The notes beneath the pieces were generated by a model. That model was not told where the DNA came from and did no database searches. It saw nothing but the letters and a program-made list of their open reading frames with translations. Below are positions 27,566 to 37,794 of a stretch of 64,000 nt of DNA, piece by piece. A program made the position numbers and the translations under genes. The stretch lies in assembly GCA_016186145.1 (NCBI GenBank), contig JACPMF010000006.1, forward strand, positions 1,906 through 65,905, given 5' to 3'. The number at the start of each line of letters is the position of its first letter. Positions within the stretch are counted from its first letter, which is position 1. The stretch comes from Candidatus Sungiibacteriota bacterium. Lineage in GTDB: Bacteria > Patescibacteriota > Minisyncoccia > Sungbacterales > SURF-37.

Positions 27566-28558
27566 ATGTCTTTCCGCATTCTTTTGATCTTCGCCGCATT
27601 CGGCGGATTTCTCCTCGCGTTTTACATCCGGCATAAGAAACACGCGCGGGAGAAAATGGTCTGTCCGCTCGATTCCGATTGCGATGCGGTAGTCTACAGC
27701 AAATACGCGACTTTTCTTGGAATCCCCGTAGAAATACTCGGCCTTTTTTACTACGGCTTTATTGCGGTAAGTTACGCGATCTTTCTTGGCATCCCGTCTT
27801 TTGCTTCCACCTTGACCGTATTCGGGACGCTAGTGATAACGGCTGCAGCTTTTCTTTTTTCGCTCTACCTGACTTTTATCCAGGCGTTCGCCCTTAAACA
27901 GTGGTGCTCATGGTGTTTGACGTCTGCCGGTCTTTGCACCGTAATTTTTGGGACTGCGCTCATAAGTTCGGAATTTAGTTTTTTAGGGCTCCTTGCCCAG
28001 TATCGCGGCTTTATCCTAGCAGTGCATATTTTAGGCGTTGCTCTCGGCCTTGGCGGAGCAACGATTACCGATATTTTCTTTTTCAAGTTTTTAAAAGACT
28101 TCCGGATTTCAGACTGGGAAGCCGAAGTAATGCACACGCTATCCCAAGTAATTTGGTTTTCCCTTGCCATTTTGGTATTGGGCGGAATCGGCCTTTATCT
28201 CCCGGAGGCGCATGAGTTTAATCAGTCGCCGAAGTTTCTTTTAAAAATGGTTGTCGTTTCCGTATTGGTCGTAAACGGCGCGTTTCTCAACCTATTCATT
28301 GCTCCGAAGTTAATTCACATTTCCTTCGGCCAGAAGCACGACCATGAAGCCGGGGAACTTCGCCGTATTCGAAAATTTGCCTTCGCGCTGGGGGCAATTT
28401 CCATTGCCTCATGGTATTCGGCATTTCTACTCGGTTTTTTGCCAAGGGGCGTCTTTCCGGAATTTTGGACGCCTCTTTTCGGCTACCTTTTAATCGTGGG
28501 CGCGGGAGTAGCTACAAGCCAGCTTCTTGAACGGCTGTTTTCAAAAAAGGCGCCGTAA
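27566..28558 (+). CDS. VKOR-family thiol oxidoreductase with a C-terminal membrane extension
   Basis: Loop Cys pair CPLDSDC and active-site WCSWC in a TM helix. Multiple TM helices. Confidence 0.6.
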   Translation: MSFRILLIFAAFGGFLLAFYIRHKKHAREKMVCPLDSDCDAVVYSKYATFLGIPVEILGLFYYGFIAVSYAIFLGIPSFASTLTVFGTLVITAAAFLFSLYLTFIQAFALKQWCSWCLTSAGLCTVIFGTALISSEFSFLGLLAQYRGFILAVHILGVALGLGGATITDIFFFKFLKDFRISDWEAEVMHTLSQVIWFSLAILVLGGIGLYLPEAHEFNQSPKFLLKMVVVSVLVVNGAFLNLFIAPKLIHISFGQKHDHEAGELRRIRKFAFALGAISIASWYSAFLLGFLPRGVFPEFWTPLFGYLLIVGAGVATSQLLERLFSKKAP

Positions 28559-28600
28559 ACCCCGTTAGAAGTCGCGGACGCATGATATCATCGCATCTTT

Positions 28601-29347
28601 ATGTTTTCCATTTTTCTTACGTACATTCTTGTCGGATTTTTTAGCGCATTTTTGCTTCCGCAATTAATGCCGGTCGCCATCCTTCAAAAGCTGATTTATT
28701 ACGCAAAAAATTTTGAAACAAGCCATCGTGACCGAATTCTCAAACCGCTCGTATTGCCGCTTATTCGGCTGGGCATCCATCCTAACGTTATAACCATTCT
28801 CGGTTTTTTACTGGTCTTTGCCGTTGCGTACGGTTTTTTAGTCGAAGCAAATCCTTTATTTTTGTTTTTCGCAGCGCTTTTTGCGGGATTAAGCGATATG
28901 TTTGACGGTGTGCTGGCGCGCGCTTCGGGAAAAGTAACGATGCTTGGCGGTATCCTCGATGGCTCCAGGGATTTTTTTCTTTTCATAGTGCTTACCGCGC
29001 GATTCGTCTTCGCTAATTCCGTTCCATACACCCTTATTCTTTGGTTTATCGTCGGTGCTGCCGCTATTGAGGTATTGAAAGCCGGTGGAATAATTAAGAA
29101 CGGGATATTCGTCGGTTTCGGTTCGTCGACGAAAAAGCGTCTTGGCGGCGAGGGCAAATTGTCCATTGATCGCGCGAAATTTTTTTTCTATATTGCGGGA
29201 TGCCTCGGCATTCTTCTTGGCGAGGTGTGGCTGCCAGGCATCTATGCAGGCTATGTGTTCCTTACGGGCGCCATTGTGCTGGTTTTTCTTTCTATCATAT
29301 GCCACGCGGTTTTGCTTCGTATGCCGTATGAAGGCCATCCTGCCTAA
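28601..29347 (+). CDS. CDP-alcohol phosphatidyltransferase family protein
   Basis: DGVLARASGKVTMLGGILDGSRD fits D-G-x2-A-R-x8-G-x3-D-x3-D. Confidence 0.7.
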   Translation: MFSIFLTYILVGFFSAFLLPQLMPVAILQKLIYYAKNFETSHRDRILKPLVLPLIRLGIHPNVITILGFLLVFAVAYGFLVEANPLFLFFAALFAGLSDMFDGVLARASGKVTMLGGILDGSRDFFLFIVLTARFVFANSVPYTLILWFIVGAAAIEVLKAGGIIKNGIFVGFGSSTKKRLGGEGKLSIDRAKFFFYIAGCLGILLGEVWLPGIYAGYVFLTGAIVLVFLSIICHAVLLRMPYEGHPA

Positions 29348-29483
29348 AGCAGATTAAATACGCGGAGGCCTTGCATTCTTTTGCAGCATTCTTTATTATC
29401 AAATTTATGACTTTTGCGGTAATCAAAACCCCGCACCAAAACCTTCGGTTTGGTACGGGGCAGGCCGGCAGGAAACACTAAAT

Positions 29484-29804
29484 ATGGCAACATTCGCGGT
29501 AATTAAAACTGGAGGCAAACAATACCTGATAACTCCGGGCCAAAAACTAAAAATCGAAAAACTTGATGCCGATGGGGGCGCAGTGGTTTCGTTTAGCGAG
29601 GTTCTTCTTGTCGTTGACGGCGTTACGGCAGAGATCGGAATGCCTTTTATCGGGGGGGCAAAGGTTGAAGCGGAGGTGCTGGGACAGGGGCGGGAGAGAA
29701 AGAAAATTGTTTTTAAGTATCACGCTAAGGCCAGATACAGAAAAAAGAAAGGACATCGCCAACCTTATACCGAAATAGAAATCAAAAAAATCGCTATGAA
29801 ATGA
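29484..29804 (+). CDS. rplU: 50S ribosomal protein L21
   Basis: FAVIKTGGKQYLITPGQKL...GHRQPYTEIEI. Confidence 0.9.
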   Translation: MATFAVIKTGGKQYLITPGQKLKIEKLDADGGAVVSFSEVLLVVDGVTAEIGMPFIGGAKVEAEVLGQGRERKKIVFKYHAKARYRKKKGHRQPYTEIEIKKIAMK

Positions 29805-30345
29805 ACAACCGCCGATTCTGTCGGCGGTTGTTCATTTTCGGTTCATCAGGGAGATACCGCGCCGTTGCATCTCCATCAGTTGTTGCATTTGTGGCAAGAA
29901 TTATTTCTACCTCCTGTCCTTCTTTTTTTAGTGACTCCACTCTTTGGAAGAGCTGGGGTACATGAAGCCGTGCGGGAGCCGCAGAATCCAGCGGATCTAT
30001 TGTTCCGTTCAAAATATGATACACTCCTGAAAATCTTTTTGTTTTTTCGATATTTATAAAATCGGCTTCCTTTTCCACCACCATGATATGAGCGTCATTC
30101 CGGGCCTTATCGCGGCAATTTCTGCAGACTAACGCGTTTGCGTCACTTCCTCGCTCGGCCGATACATAACATTTTCCGCAAAAACCAACTTGGTCGTGCA
30201 GTGTTTTCAAAATTTCGGCAAGCGCTTGCGCTGTTTTTCGCTCTTCACCCAAAAGATAAAAAGCGAATCGGGCGGCTTGGCGCGGACCGATGCCGGGAAA
30301 ACGGAGAAAGAGGCCGATGAGTTTTTGAACAGAAGGTGGATACAT
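29794..30345 (-). CDS. recR: recombination protein RecR
   Basis: Helix-hairpin-helix LIGLFLRFPGIGPRQAARFAF, C4 zinc finger and Toprim region. Confidence 0.9.
   Translation of the reverse strand: MYPPSVQKLIGLFLRFPGIGPRQAARFAFYLLGEERKTAQALAEILKTLHDQVGFCGKCYVSAERGSDANALVCRNCRDKARNDAHIMVVEKEADFINIEKTKRFSGVYHILNGTIDPLDSAAPARLHVPQLFQRVESLKKEGQEVEIILATNATTDGDATARYLPDEPKMNNRRQNRRLFIS
29804..29838 (+). terminator. terminator hairpin after rplU, inside the convergent recR 3' end
   Basis: Perfect stem GAACAACCGCCG / CGGCGGTTGTTC followed by ATTTTCG. Confidence 0.5.
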
Positions 30346-30445
30346 GCTTGCTATCGCTCTATCAACGAATTACGAATCTTTTACGAATCTACGAATATAA
30401 TGAATAAAATTCGTATATTCGCGACCGATTCGTAATTCGATGATG
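30346..30445 (-). promoter_or_regulatory. family-1 palindromic TTCGTAA/TTACGAA array element, copy 1, oriented toward recR
   Basis: ACGAAT x3 then ATTCGT x3. Read on the minus strand it ends ..gtaattcgttgatagagcgatagcaagcATG (recR start). Confidence 0.75.
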
Positions 30446-30448
30446 CTT

Positions 30449-31813
30449 TTAGAACGCCTCGTCGTCAAACCCTTTTGCGAGCGAGTAGAAACTGACCGTG
30501 TTTTCATTAAAACCGAGTTCCACCACGCCGGTCGGTCCGTTTCGATGTTTGGCGATATGAATCTCCGCCACATTTTTTCGATCAGTGTTCTTTTTTACTT
30601 TGTCTTCGCGATAGATAAAAAGCACAACGTCGCTGTCCTGTTCTATGGTGCCGGAATCGCGCAAATCAGAAAGTTTCGGTATCGCATCATGCCGCATTTC
30701 AACTGCCCGAGAAAGCTGGGAAAGTGCGAGTACCGGAATGTTCAGTTCTTTTGCAAGACCCTTAAGCGACCGAGAAATCTCTGAAACTTCTTGAACCCGG
30801 CTTTCGGAATTATCCGACCCCTTAATCAGTTGCAGGTAGTCAACGACTACAAGGCCAAGGCCTTTATGTTCTGCTTGCAACCTGCGGGCCATTGCCCGTA
30901 TTTGCATAACGCTTGGGGAAGCAACATCGTCAACAAATATCGGGGCCTGTGAAAGCGAATCCATTGCGCTTTGGATTTTAACAAGGTCATCGTCGGAAAG
31001 ATTGCCGGTTCGCAACCGCCATAAATCCACCTCTGCTTCGGCTGCGATCAGCCGGTCTACCACCTGATCTTTCGACATTTCAAGAGAGAAAAAACCAACC
31101 GGCATTTTTTCGTTGATTGCAACGCTTCTGACGATATCAAGCGCGAGGGCGGTTTTCCCCAAACTTGGCCGTGCAGCAAGAACCACAAGATCTGATTTCT
31201 GCAAACCGGAAAGTTTGCCATCAATGTCTAAAAAACCTGTTGCCACGCCACGGATTTTCCGTTCCCCCGAATGCGACATTTCGATCCGCTGCCATGCTTC
31301 CTCCAACGCCTCTTTAACATGGAAAAAATTCTGCTGGAGCGAGTAATTCGAAACCCCGAAGATCTTTTGTTCCGCTTCGTCCAATAATTTTTCGATATCC
31401 TGTTTTTCGTCATACGCGAGTTCGGAAATAGTCGAGGCCGCCGCGATAAGATCCCGGTGGACTTTTTTTCGGTTCACGGTTTTCGCATAATGACTGGCAT
31501 TGGAAGCTGTGGGCACGAAATTTACCAGCGTCGTGAGGTATGTCATGCCGCCGATTGGGTCAAGCTCCTTTCGGTCTTTAAGGCGGTTTTTGACGCTCAC
31601 AATGTCTATCGGCTCGCGTTTTTCAATAAGATCGAGCATTGCCTGAAAAATCTGCTGGTGCGCCGGCTTGTAAAAATCAGCCGGGCGGATAAGGTCCGCA
31701 ACCCGGAATATCGCGTCTTTATCGAGCATAAGCGAACCAAGCACCGACATTTCGGCATCAATGCTTTGCGGAGGCATGCGAGCACCACCGATTTTTTTTG
31801 ATTCGTTTGGCAT
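30449..31813 (-). CDS. dnaB: replicative DNA helicase
   Basis: N-terminal domain PPQSIDAEMSVLGS. RecA-like GxxxxGKT LGKTALALDI and FSLEMS motif. Confidence 0.9.
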   Translation of the reverse strand: MPNESKKIGGARMPPQSIDAEMSVLGSLMLDKDAIFRVADLIRPADFYKPAHQQIFQAMLDLIEKREPIDIVSVKNRLKDRKELDPIGGMTYLTTLVNFVPTASNASHYAKTVNRKKVHRDLIAAASTISELAYDEKQDIEKLLDEAEQKIFGVSNYSLQQNFFHVKEALEEAWQRIEMSHSGERKIRGVATGFLDIDGKLSGLQKSDLVVLAARPSLGKTALALDIVRSVAINEKMPVGFFSLEMSKDQVVDRLIAAEAEVDLWRLRTGNLSDDDLVKIQSAMDSLSQAPIFVDDVASPSVMQIRAMARRLQAEHKGLGLVVVDYLQLIKGSDNSESRVQEVSEISRSLKGLAKELNIPVLALSQLSRAVEMRHDAIPKLSDLRDSGTIEQDSDVVLFIYREDKVKKNTDRKNVAEIHIAKHRNGPTGVVELGFNENTVSFYSLAKGFDDEAF

Positions 31814-31989
31814 AGTAAGCGGCGGGGGAATATAAGCTCGAAAATAGAATGGGGATTATGAAGACCCCGTTATCATACATTTTATGAAAATCGAGGTCGA
31901 CTTGACAAGAGGAAAAAGTGGTGATAACGTGTTAGTATTCTTTCACAACTTTTTGTGTTCACTCCAACTTTAACAAACCAGGAGAAACA

Positions 31990-32598
31990 ATGCCGAAAGG
32001 CCGTAAAACACGAGAGATGACAGAGACACGGAAAGACGCGATTGAGGCAGAAATCGCAAAAGGCATAACAAGCGTCAGAGAGATTGCACGAGTTCTTCAT
32101 GGACATCCGGGGTTTGATGCTGAAACATTCGAAGGCACTTCCGAGGGTATCCGTAGATACTTCAAAAAACGGAAGCTTTCGGCATCGCAACAGCCACGAA
32201 CCCACGCCTCTATGATAACGGCCATTGCTGCTTCTGCAGCAACTTCGGCAAGCTCAATTCAAACATTTCTCGAAAAATACCAAATCCGTCTGCCTGCCGG
32301 ACAGATTAGCGAATTTAACCGTTTTATTACCGCATTGACGGCCGTTGCCCGTCCGTTAGAGGAACGAGCCCTGCGGGTACCGATAATGGAAGAGAGGATT
32401 CGTGAATTGGAAGCATCTGTCCGTGATTTGAAATCGAATTTGCCGACAGTCATTTTGGAGGAGGAAAACCGCCGCCTTCGCGGTGTTATCGAAAAACAGG
32501 AAACAGTAATCGAAACCCTGAAAAGAACCAAGGGCTATCGAGGTGGGCGCATATTAACCCCGGAAAGCCACCTTGTGGTGAGTGCGGGGAGAGATTAA
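31990..32598 (+). CDS. hypothetical protein with a coiled-coil C-terminus
   Basis: SD aggag 8 nt upstream. 202 aa. Confidence 0.5.
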   Translation: MPKGRKTREMTETRKDAIEAEIAKGITSVREIARVLHGHPGFDAETFEGTSEGIRRYFKKRKLSASQQPRTHASMITAIAASAATSASSIQTFLEKYQIRLPAGQISEFNRFITALTAVARPLEERALRVPIMEERIRELEASVRDLKSNLPTVILEEENRRLRGVIEKQETVIETLKRTKGYRGGRILTPESHLVVSAGRD

Positions 32599-32694
32599 TA
32601 ACTAAGAAATACGATGTGGATAAGACTCCTTCAGGCCGTAGCAATACGGCCTTTCATTTTGTTACGGGGAAGGTTCTTGTTATACTATCAAGGT

Positions 32695-33834
32695 ATGTCC
32701 TTGCGGTGGAATATTTTTTCTTCATCCCAAAAAACGGTCAAGCATAGACTCTTTATTGATGTTGGATCGAGCGCTATCCGTTCTCTCCTTGTAGAATCAG
32801 GCCCCAAAGGACACCTGGGGATCAAAAAGCGAGTTCATTATCTTCCGGTGATGGCGGAGAGAAGCAGGTTTTTAAAAAAAGTTAGCGGGCAATTCCATGA
32901 AATCATCTTCCGCTACATAAAAAGTTTAGGTTCCATTCCTGAAAAGATCGTGATCAGCGCCTCTCCACCGCTTGCCCCGGTTGCCGTTGAAGTCATAAAA
33001 AAGGAGCGGCATGACAAAAATAAGCCCGTCAGCGTAAAGGAAATAGAAGGCCTTCTTGCGGAAAAAATAACCCGTACGCCAAGCGCTGCATGGCACCCTC
33101 CGCAGTTAACCCGTCTTACCGTAGATGGCTATGATATTTCTTTGGAGGATACGGAAAACATCACCGGTTCTGTTATAGAACTTTCCGCGGCCTATCCCAC
33201 CTTTGAACCGGATTTTATCGAAGCGTTTTCTGCTTTGAATAAAACATGGGGAGGGTTGACGCTGGAAATCCATTCAACCCCGATTACGGTGGCTATGGCG
33301 ACAATAAAAAAACTTGCTGAGCGAAATTTTGCTATTATAAAGATTGGCGGAACCGCAACGACTGTCATTGCGGTCGCCTCAGGCACTATCTTATGGGTTG
33401 AATCGTTTCCTTTCGGCGGAGACGACGTAACCAGGGAGCTGGTGAATCAATTAAAAATAGAAATTGGTGAGGCCGAGGATATAAAGCGGCGTTTCGGCAA
33501 ATTCGTGCTGCCTCAAGCCCTTTCCGAGAAGGCAGAAGAGATTTTTAAGCGCCATGCGGAAAAACTTGCGGGGACGGTCGTTTCTCCGTTTCTAAAACGG
33601 CAAAATGCTTTTCCTCCCACCGTTTTCCTTTATGGGGGCGGGGCTAAAGATTCAGCGGTTCAAAAAACCTTGTCGGATCCGCATTGGTTTGAAAATACTA
33701 CTTTTGCGGAAAAATTGCGTGTTGAGGTTTTAGCCGGCGAGCGGTTTACTGACGGAGTACTGTTTAACTCGCCGCTCCAAGGACCGGACTATGTTGAACT
33801 TGCGGCCTCGGTTTTTAAGACACTCAACACTTAA
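32695..33834 (+). CDS. actin-fold ATPase of the FtsA/PilM family
   Basis: IDVGSSAIRSLLV phosphate-1-like at the N-terminus and VFLYGGGAKDS near the C-terminus. Start chosen at the internal ATG. Confidence 0.45.
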   Translation: MSLRWNIFSSSQKTVKHRLFIDVGSSAIRSLLVESGPKGHLGIKKRVHYLPVMAERSRFLKKVSGQFHEIIFRYIKSLGSIPEKIVISASPPLAPVAVEVIKKERHDKNKPVSVKEIEGLLAEKITRTPSAAWHPPQLTRLTVDGYDISLEDTENITGSVIELSAAYPTFEPDFIEAFSALNKTWGGLTLEIHSTPITVAMATIKKLAERNFAIIKIGGTATTVIAVASGTILWVESFPFGGDDVTRELVNQLKIEIGEAEDIKRRFGKFVLPQALSEKAEEIFKRHAEKLAGTVVSPFLKRQNAFPPTVFLYGGGAKDSAVQKTLSDPHWFENTTFAEKLRVEVLAGERFTDGVLFNSPLQGPDYVELAASVFKTLNT

Positions 33835-33870
33835 AAAGACAACAACCATGGCGCGACAACGCATTATAAG

Positions 33871-35316
33871 TTGTCCGTTATAAGTTGTTGGCAATTAATG
33901 ATAAAAAATATGGCTGATTTCTTAAGAAAGATAGCCAAAGAAAGGGAGGAGAAAAGAGGCGGTAAAATCGTTCAAGACATCCTACCCCCGAAAAGCGGTC
34001 TGACGGCTAGAAAAAAGCCGCCCCTGCCCGCGATACAAGAAAAGGCCTCAAAAGAACCGGTGAAACCGAAAATCGAACAAAAGATTTCGCTTCCTTCGGT
34101 ACATTTCTGGAAACCCGCAGCAAGGCGCTTTAATCCCGCCCTTCTTTTGACCCGGCTGCTTTCTTCACGCCGCGCGCAAATAGGATCTGCCGCCGGTATT
34201 CTCATCCTTTTTACTATAATTTTCAGCATCGTTTTTGCATCAACTAAAATAACCATACGCCCAATTGCTGCCGACCTTTCGCTTTCGCCGCTTTCTATAA
34301 CCGCGGATCCGGGTACTAATACTGTTGACCTGGGGGCAAAAAAAATTCCAGCGCTCAAAATTGCGGTAGAAGATACCTATACCGCAACCCGCCAGTCTTC
34401 GGGAAAAAAATATGTTGAGGAACGCGCGACCGGAACTATTGCCATATTCAACCGTTTCGATTCTAACCCTCAAAATCTAGTCCGCACAACACGTTTTGTC
34501 GATTCTAACGGAAAAGTATTCCGTTTGGTAAATTCCGTTACGGTTCCGGGGGCTAAAATACAAGGAGGAAAAATAGTTCCGAGTTCGGTAGATGCTCAAG
34601 TTGTGGCCGACGGCCCCGGCCAAGATTACAATATACCGCCATCACGCTTTACGATTCCGGGTTTCCAAGGTTCTCCCAAATTTGAGGGGTTTTATGGCGA
34701 ATCCCGTTCTGCCATGAAGAATGGTTTTCGTGGTGAAGCTCGCGTGGTAACCGCCGAAGATATTAAAGCGGGGCAGGAGGAAGCAACCCGCCGGCTTTTC
34801 GAGGAATTAAGAAAAAAGCTTGATTCGAAAATTCCTCCGGGCAATGAATTTCTTTCCCTTGACGGTTCCCGGGATATCCGAATTGCAAAGGTAGTAAGCC
34901 CAAAAGCGGGGGAACGGAAAGAAGAATTTGCCATAGAAGCAAGCGGGATGGCCGAAGCGGTTGTGTTTCGCAAAACAGACCTTTTCGCATTTCTCGACTC
35001 CGCCCTGCTTTCCCCGGAACGGCCCTCAACAATATTGGAGGATACGAGCCAAATTGAATTTTCAGGCATCCAATTTGATATCGGAAAGGATATATTGGAA
35101 TTCACCGTTAAAGGATCTGCCACCGCAGTCCGTGTTATTCCGGTTGTAGAAATGCAAGCATTACTTGCCGGAAAAACCACTACGCAAGCCGAAGCATTTC
35201 TTCGCGGACGGCCGGAAATTGGCGGTTTTTCAATAAAAAATTCTCCATTCTGGCGATGGAAGACACCACGCCATCCTGAGGCAATTGAGGTGAAAGTGGA
35301 GATCCCGGCTGTCTGA
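33871..35316 (+). CDS. membrane-anchored hypothetical protein
   Basis: 481 aa with a single TM helix (ILILFTIIFSIVFA). Directly downstream of the FtsA/PilM-like gene. Confidence 0.5.
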   Translation: MSVISCWQLMIKNMADFLRKIAKEREEKRGGKIVQDILPPKSGLTARKKPPLPAIQEKASKEPVKPKIEQKISLPSVHFWKPAARRFNPALLLTRLLSSRRAQIGSAAGILILFTIIFSIVFASTKITIRPIAADLSLSPLSITADPGTNTVDLGAKKIPALKIAVEDTYTATRQSSGKKYVEERATGTIAIFNRFDSNPQNLVRTTRFVDSNGKVFRLVNSVTVPGAKIQGGKIVPSSVDAQVVADGPGQDYNIPPSRFTIPGFQGSPKFEGFYGESRSAMKNGFRGEARVVTAEDIKAGQEEATRRLFEELRKKLDSKIPPGNEFLSLDGSRDIRIAKVVSPKAGERKEEFAIEASGMAEAVVFRKTDLFAFLDSALLSPERPSTILEDTSQIEFSGIQFDIGKDILEFTVKGSATAVRVIPVVEMQALLAGKTTTQAEAFLRGRPEIGGFSIKNSPFWRWKTPRHPEAIEVKVEIPAV

Positions 35317-35411
35317 TGCCATGCTAAGAATGCGATTTCGGGGGGTACGAATTAAAAGATTGACACCATAACGGCAATCTGCTAAACTCGTGTGGTGCCG
35401 TTATTATCACT

Positions 35412-35633
35412 ATGAAGGGCGAAAAACGGGGTATTTTAAAAGAAGGAGTGGTGACAGAAGCGCTCCCTGCTACTCTTTTCCGGGTTAAACTTGACGACGG
35501 CGCTGAAATCATTGCCCACCTTGCGGGAAGACTGCGCCTTCATTACATCCGGGTAATGGCGGGGGATCGCGTTCGGATAGAAATGTCGGAGTACGACGCC
35601 ACGAAGGGAAGAATTGTGCACCGCTTGAAATAA
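35412..35633 (+). CDS. infA: translation initiation factor IF-1
   Basis: 73 aa S1-like protein ([31 protein letters not shown]). Confidence 0.9.
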   Translation: MKGEKRGILKEGVVTEALPATLFRVKLDDGAEIIAHLAGRLRLHYIRVMAGDRVRIEMSEYDATKGRIVHRLK

Positions 35634-35704
35634 TGTTAAATTTTGAATGCCGGATGCCGAATAGAAATTATTTAGCACCCAGCATTTATAATTTATAATT
35701 TTAT

Positions 35705-35818
35705 TTGAAAGTCCGAGCATCAGTTAAACGCATGTGCGCAAAATGCAAAGTAATACGGCGCAAGCGTCGTGTTTTTGTTATTTGCACAACCCCGAAACAT
35801 AAACAGCGCCAAGGGTAA
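35705..35818 (+). CDS. rpmJ: 50S ribosomal protein L36 (TTG start); absent from the ORF track
   Basis: Translation (M)[36 protein letters not shown]. Confidence 0.85.
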   Translation: MKVRASVKRMCAKCKVIRRKRRVFVICTTPKHKQRQG

Positions 35819-35917
35819 TTATCATCGAATTACGAATCAGCCGCGAATTTACGAATTTGATTCATTATTCGTAGATTCGTAAAAGATTCGTAATTCGTTG
35901 ATGAGGCGATAGCGAAC
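35819..35917 (+). promoter_or_regulatory. family-1 element, copy 2, ending at the rpsM ATG
   Basis: tcatcgaattacgaatc...gattcgtaattcgttgATGaggcgatagcgaacATG. Confidence 0.75.
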
Positions 35918-36304
35918 ATGAGAATAGCCGGAACCAATATACCCGACAATAAAAAAATAGAATATGCATTGCCCTATATTTTCGGCGTCGGCTTAAGTTT
36001 GTCGCGAAAGATTCTCGTTGCGGCGCGTGTAAACAAATCCAAGCGCGCAAAAGAGCTTGCCCCTGATGAGGTAAGCCGGCTTCGTGAAATAATCGAAAAA
36101 AATTACAGAATTGAAGGGGAACTACGAAGAGAAATTTTAATAAACGTAAAACGCCTGAAAGACATCGGTACATATCGGGGTAACCGCCATATTCGGGGCC
36201 TTCCGGTCAGAGGACAGCGGACCAAAACGAATTCTCGCACCCGCCGCGGCAATGTGAGAAAAACAATGGGTTCAGGAAGAAAATCGGCAGCAAGTCCGAC
36301 ATAA
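35918..36304 (+). CDS. rpsM: 30S ribosomal protein S13
   Basis: MRIAGTNIPDNKKIEYALPYIFGVG. Confidence 0.9.
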   Translation: MRIAGTNIPDNKKIEYALPYIFGVGLSLSRKILVAARVNKSKRAKELAPDEVSRLREIIEKNYRIEGELRREILINVKRLKDIGTYRGNRHIRGLPVRGQRTKTNSRTRRGNVRKTMGSGRKSAASPT

Positions 36305-36424
36305 TTTTAAAACAATCCTCCTTCGCTAAAGCTATGGAGGACATCTTTCGCTACCACATAACGAGAGGTGTCCCTAATTAGATGGCTTGCCATCCGTAGC
36401 TCCGAGCGATGCGAGAAGCGAAGA

Positions 36425-36886
36425 ATGGGAAAAAAGCGAATCATAACCAAAGGAGATACTGAAGGTGCTGCCTCAAGCAAGGTGGAGGGGGTATCCGGCA
36501 CCAATGACGGCGGGCAGGGAAATCCGCAAGAGCGGCAACATGTTCAATATGGAGCCGCGTATATTCTTGCAACATATAACAATACCTTAATTTCGATTGC
36601 CGACGAGAATGGTAATACCATCGCGTGGTCGTCTGCCGGGGCAATGGGTTTTAAAGGCACTAAAAAAGCAACACCTTATGCGGCTTCGCGTGCCGCGGAG
36701 GCCGTAGCGGAAAAAGCAAAAAAGTGGGGTATAACAGGGGTAACTGTTTTTGTGAAAGGCGTCGGCTCCGGCCGCGAGTCGGCAATCAGATCGCTTGCTA
36801 ACTATGGCCTTGACATAGCAATGATTAAAGATATTACCCCAATCCCGCATAATGGTCCGAGGCCTTCGAAAGTCCGACGAGTATAA
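36425..36886 (+). CDS. rpsK: 30S ribosomal protein S11
   Basis: [43 protein letters not shown]. Internal ATG start chosen. Confidence 0.85.
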   Translation: MGKKRIITKGDTEGAASSKVEGVSGTNDGGQGNPQERQHVQYGAAYILATYNNTLISIADENGNTIAWSSAGAMGFKGTKKATPYAASRAAEAVAEKAKKWGITGVTVFVKGVGSGRESAIRSLANYGLDIAMIKDITPIPHNGPRPSKVRRV

Positions 36887-36896
36887 CGAGGAGGAC

Positions 36897-36994
36897 CCAG
36901 CACATAAATTTACAATTGCCGTCTACTGCATTTCATAATTATTGCATCAGCCCCGCGACTAAAATTAATTGACGGATGTAAATTTATGTGCTGG
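36897..36994 (+). promoter_or_regulatory. perfect 18-bp inverted repeat, 62 bp apart, in the rpsK-rpsD leader
   Basis: ccagcacataaatttaca (36897-36914) and tgtaaatttatgtgctgg (36977-36994) are exact reverse complements. Confidence 0.5.
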
Positions 36995-37062
36995 GTGCTG
37001 AATTTTGTGGCGAAATTTTGTTCACAAAACAAGTTTCGCTCCAAAATTTCGACAAAATTCGC

Positions 37063-37698
37063 ATGCCACTATCTCGACCGAAGGAAAAAATTGAAAGAAG
37101 AATAGGCGAGCGGCTCTTTTTAAAAGGGGAGCGCAGTTTTTCTCAAAAGGCAGGAGTTGCCCGAAGGCCATATCCTCCCGGACAACACGGCAAACGAAAA
37201 ACAGGAAGAGGCGGTTTTTCTGAATTCGGACAACAGCTAAAAGAAAAACAGAAAGTTCGGCACATCTATGGAATCAGCGACAGGGCGCTTAAAAAATATT
37301 TTACTTTGGCACGCAGAAACCGAGCAAAGCCTACCGACGAAACTCTTGCGGAACTTCTGGAGCGGCGTCTTGATAACGTAGTTTTTCGTCTTGGACTGGC
37401 ACTATCACGAAGCATTGGACGCCATATGGTAAGCTACGGGCACATAACGGTTAACGGAAAACGAGCTAAACAGCCGTCATTAACGGTCAAACCGAGTGAT
37501 ATTATTTCAATCGCGGAAAAATCGCGCAATCTCGGTTTTTTCCAAGATCTCGGAGAGCGGATGAAAAAATACTCGCCACCGGCATGGCTGGAGTTTGATC
37601 CGGAAAAATACGAAGGAAAACTCAGGCATACCCCGGCTCTTCAGGACATCTCCGGCCAGCAAAACATGTCATTAGTAGTTGAGTATTATTCGAGATAA
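37063..37698 (+). CDS. rpsD: 30S ribosomal protein S4
   Basis: S4 domain VFRLGLALSRSIGRHMVSYGHITVNGKRAK. Internal ATG start. Confidence 0.85.
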   Translation: MPLSRPKEKIERRIGERLFLKGERSFSQKAGVARRPYPPGQHGKRKTGRGGFSEFGQQLKEKQKVRHIYGISDRALKKYFTLARRNRAKPTDETLAELLERRLDNVVFRLGLALSRSIGRHMVSYGHITVNGKRAKQPSLTVKPSDIISIAEKSRNLGFFQDLGERMKKYSPPAWLEFDPEKYEGKLRHTPALQDISGQQNMSLVVEYYSR

Positions 37699-37699
37699 T

Positions 37700-37790
37700 A
37701 GAAGCGGATCGCTTCGCTTCACGCAGATCACAACGCGGAAAAACGCGGATCCGCATGAATCCGCGTAGCTATCCGCGTTTATCTGCCTTT
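37700..37790 (+). promoter_or_regulatory. family-3 GCGGAT/ATCCGC array element ending before the rpoA ATG
   Basis: atccgcgtagctatccgcgtttatctgcc. Compare 50775-50815. Confidence 0.6.
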
Positions 37791-37794
37791 AAAT

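Noticed and set aside
31898-31935. A sigma-70 promoter (TTGACA ... ATAACG/TAGTAT) upstream of ORF 31990
   Set aside because: The -10 candidates are weak and the spacing is ambiguous. Not reported as a feature.
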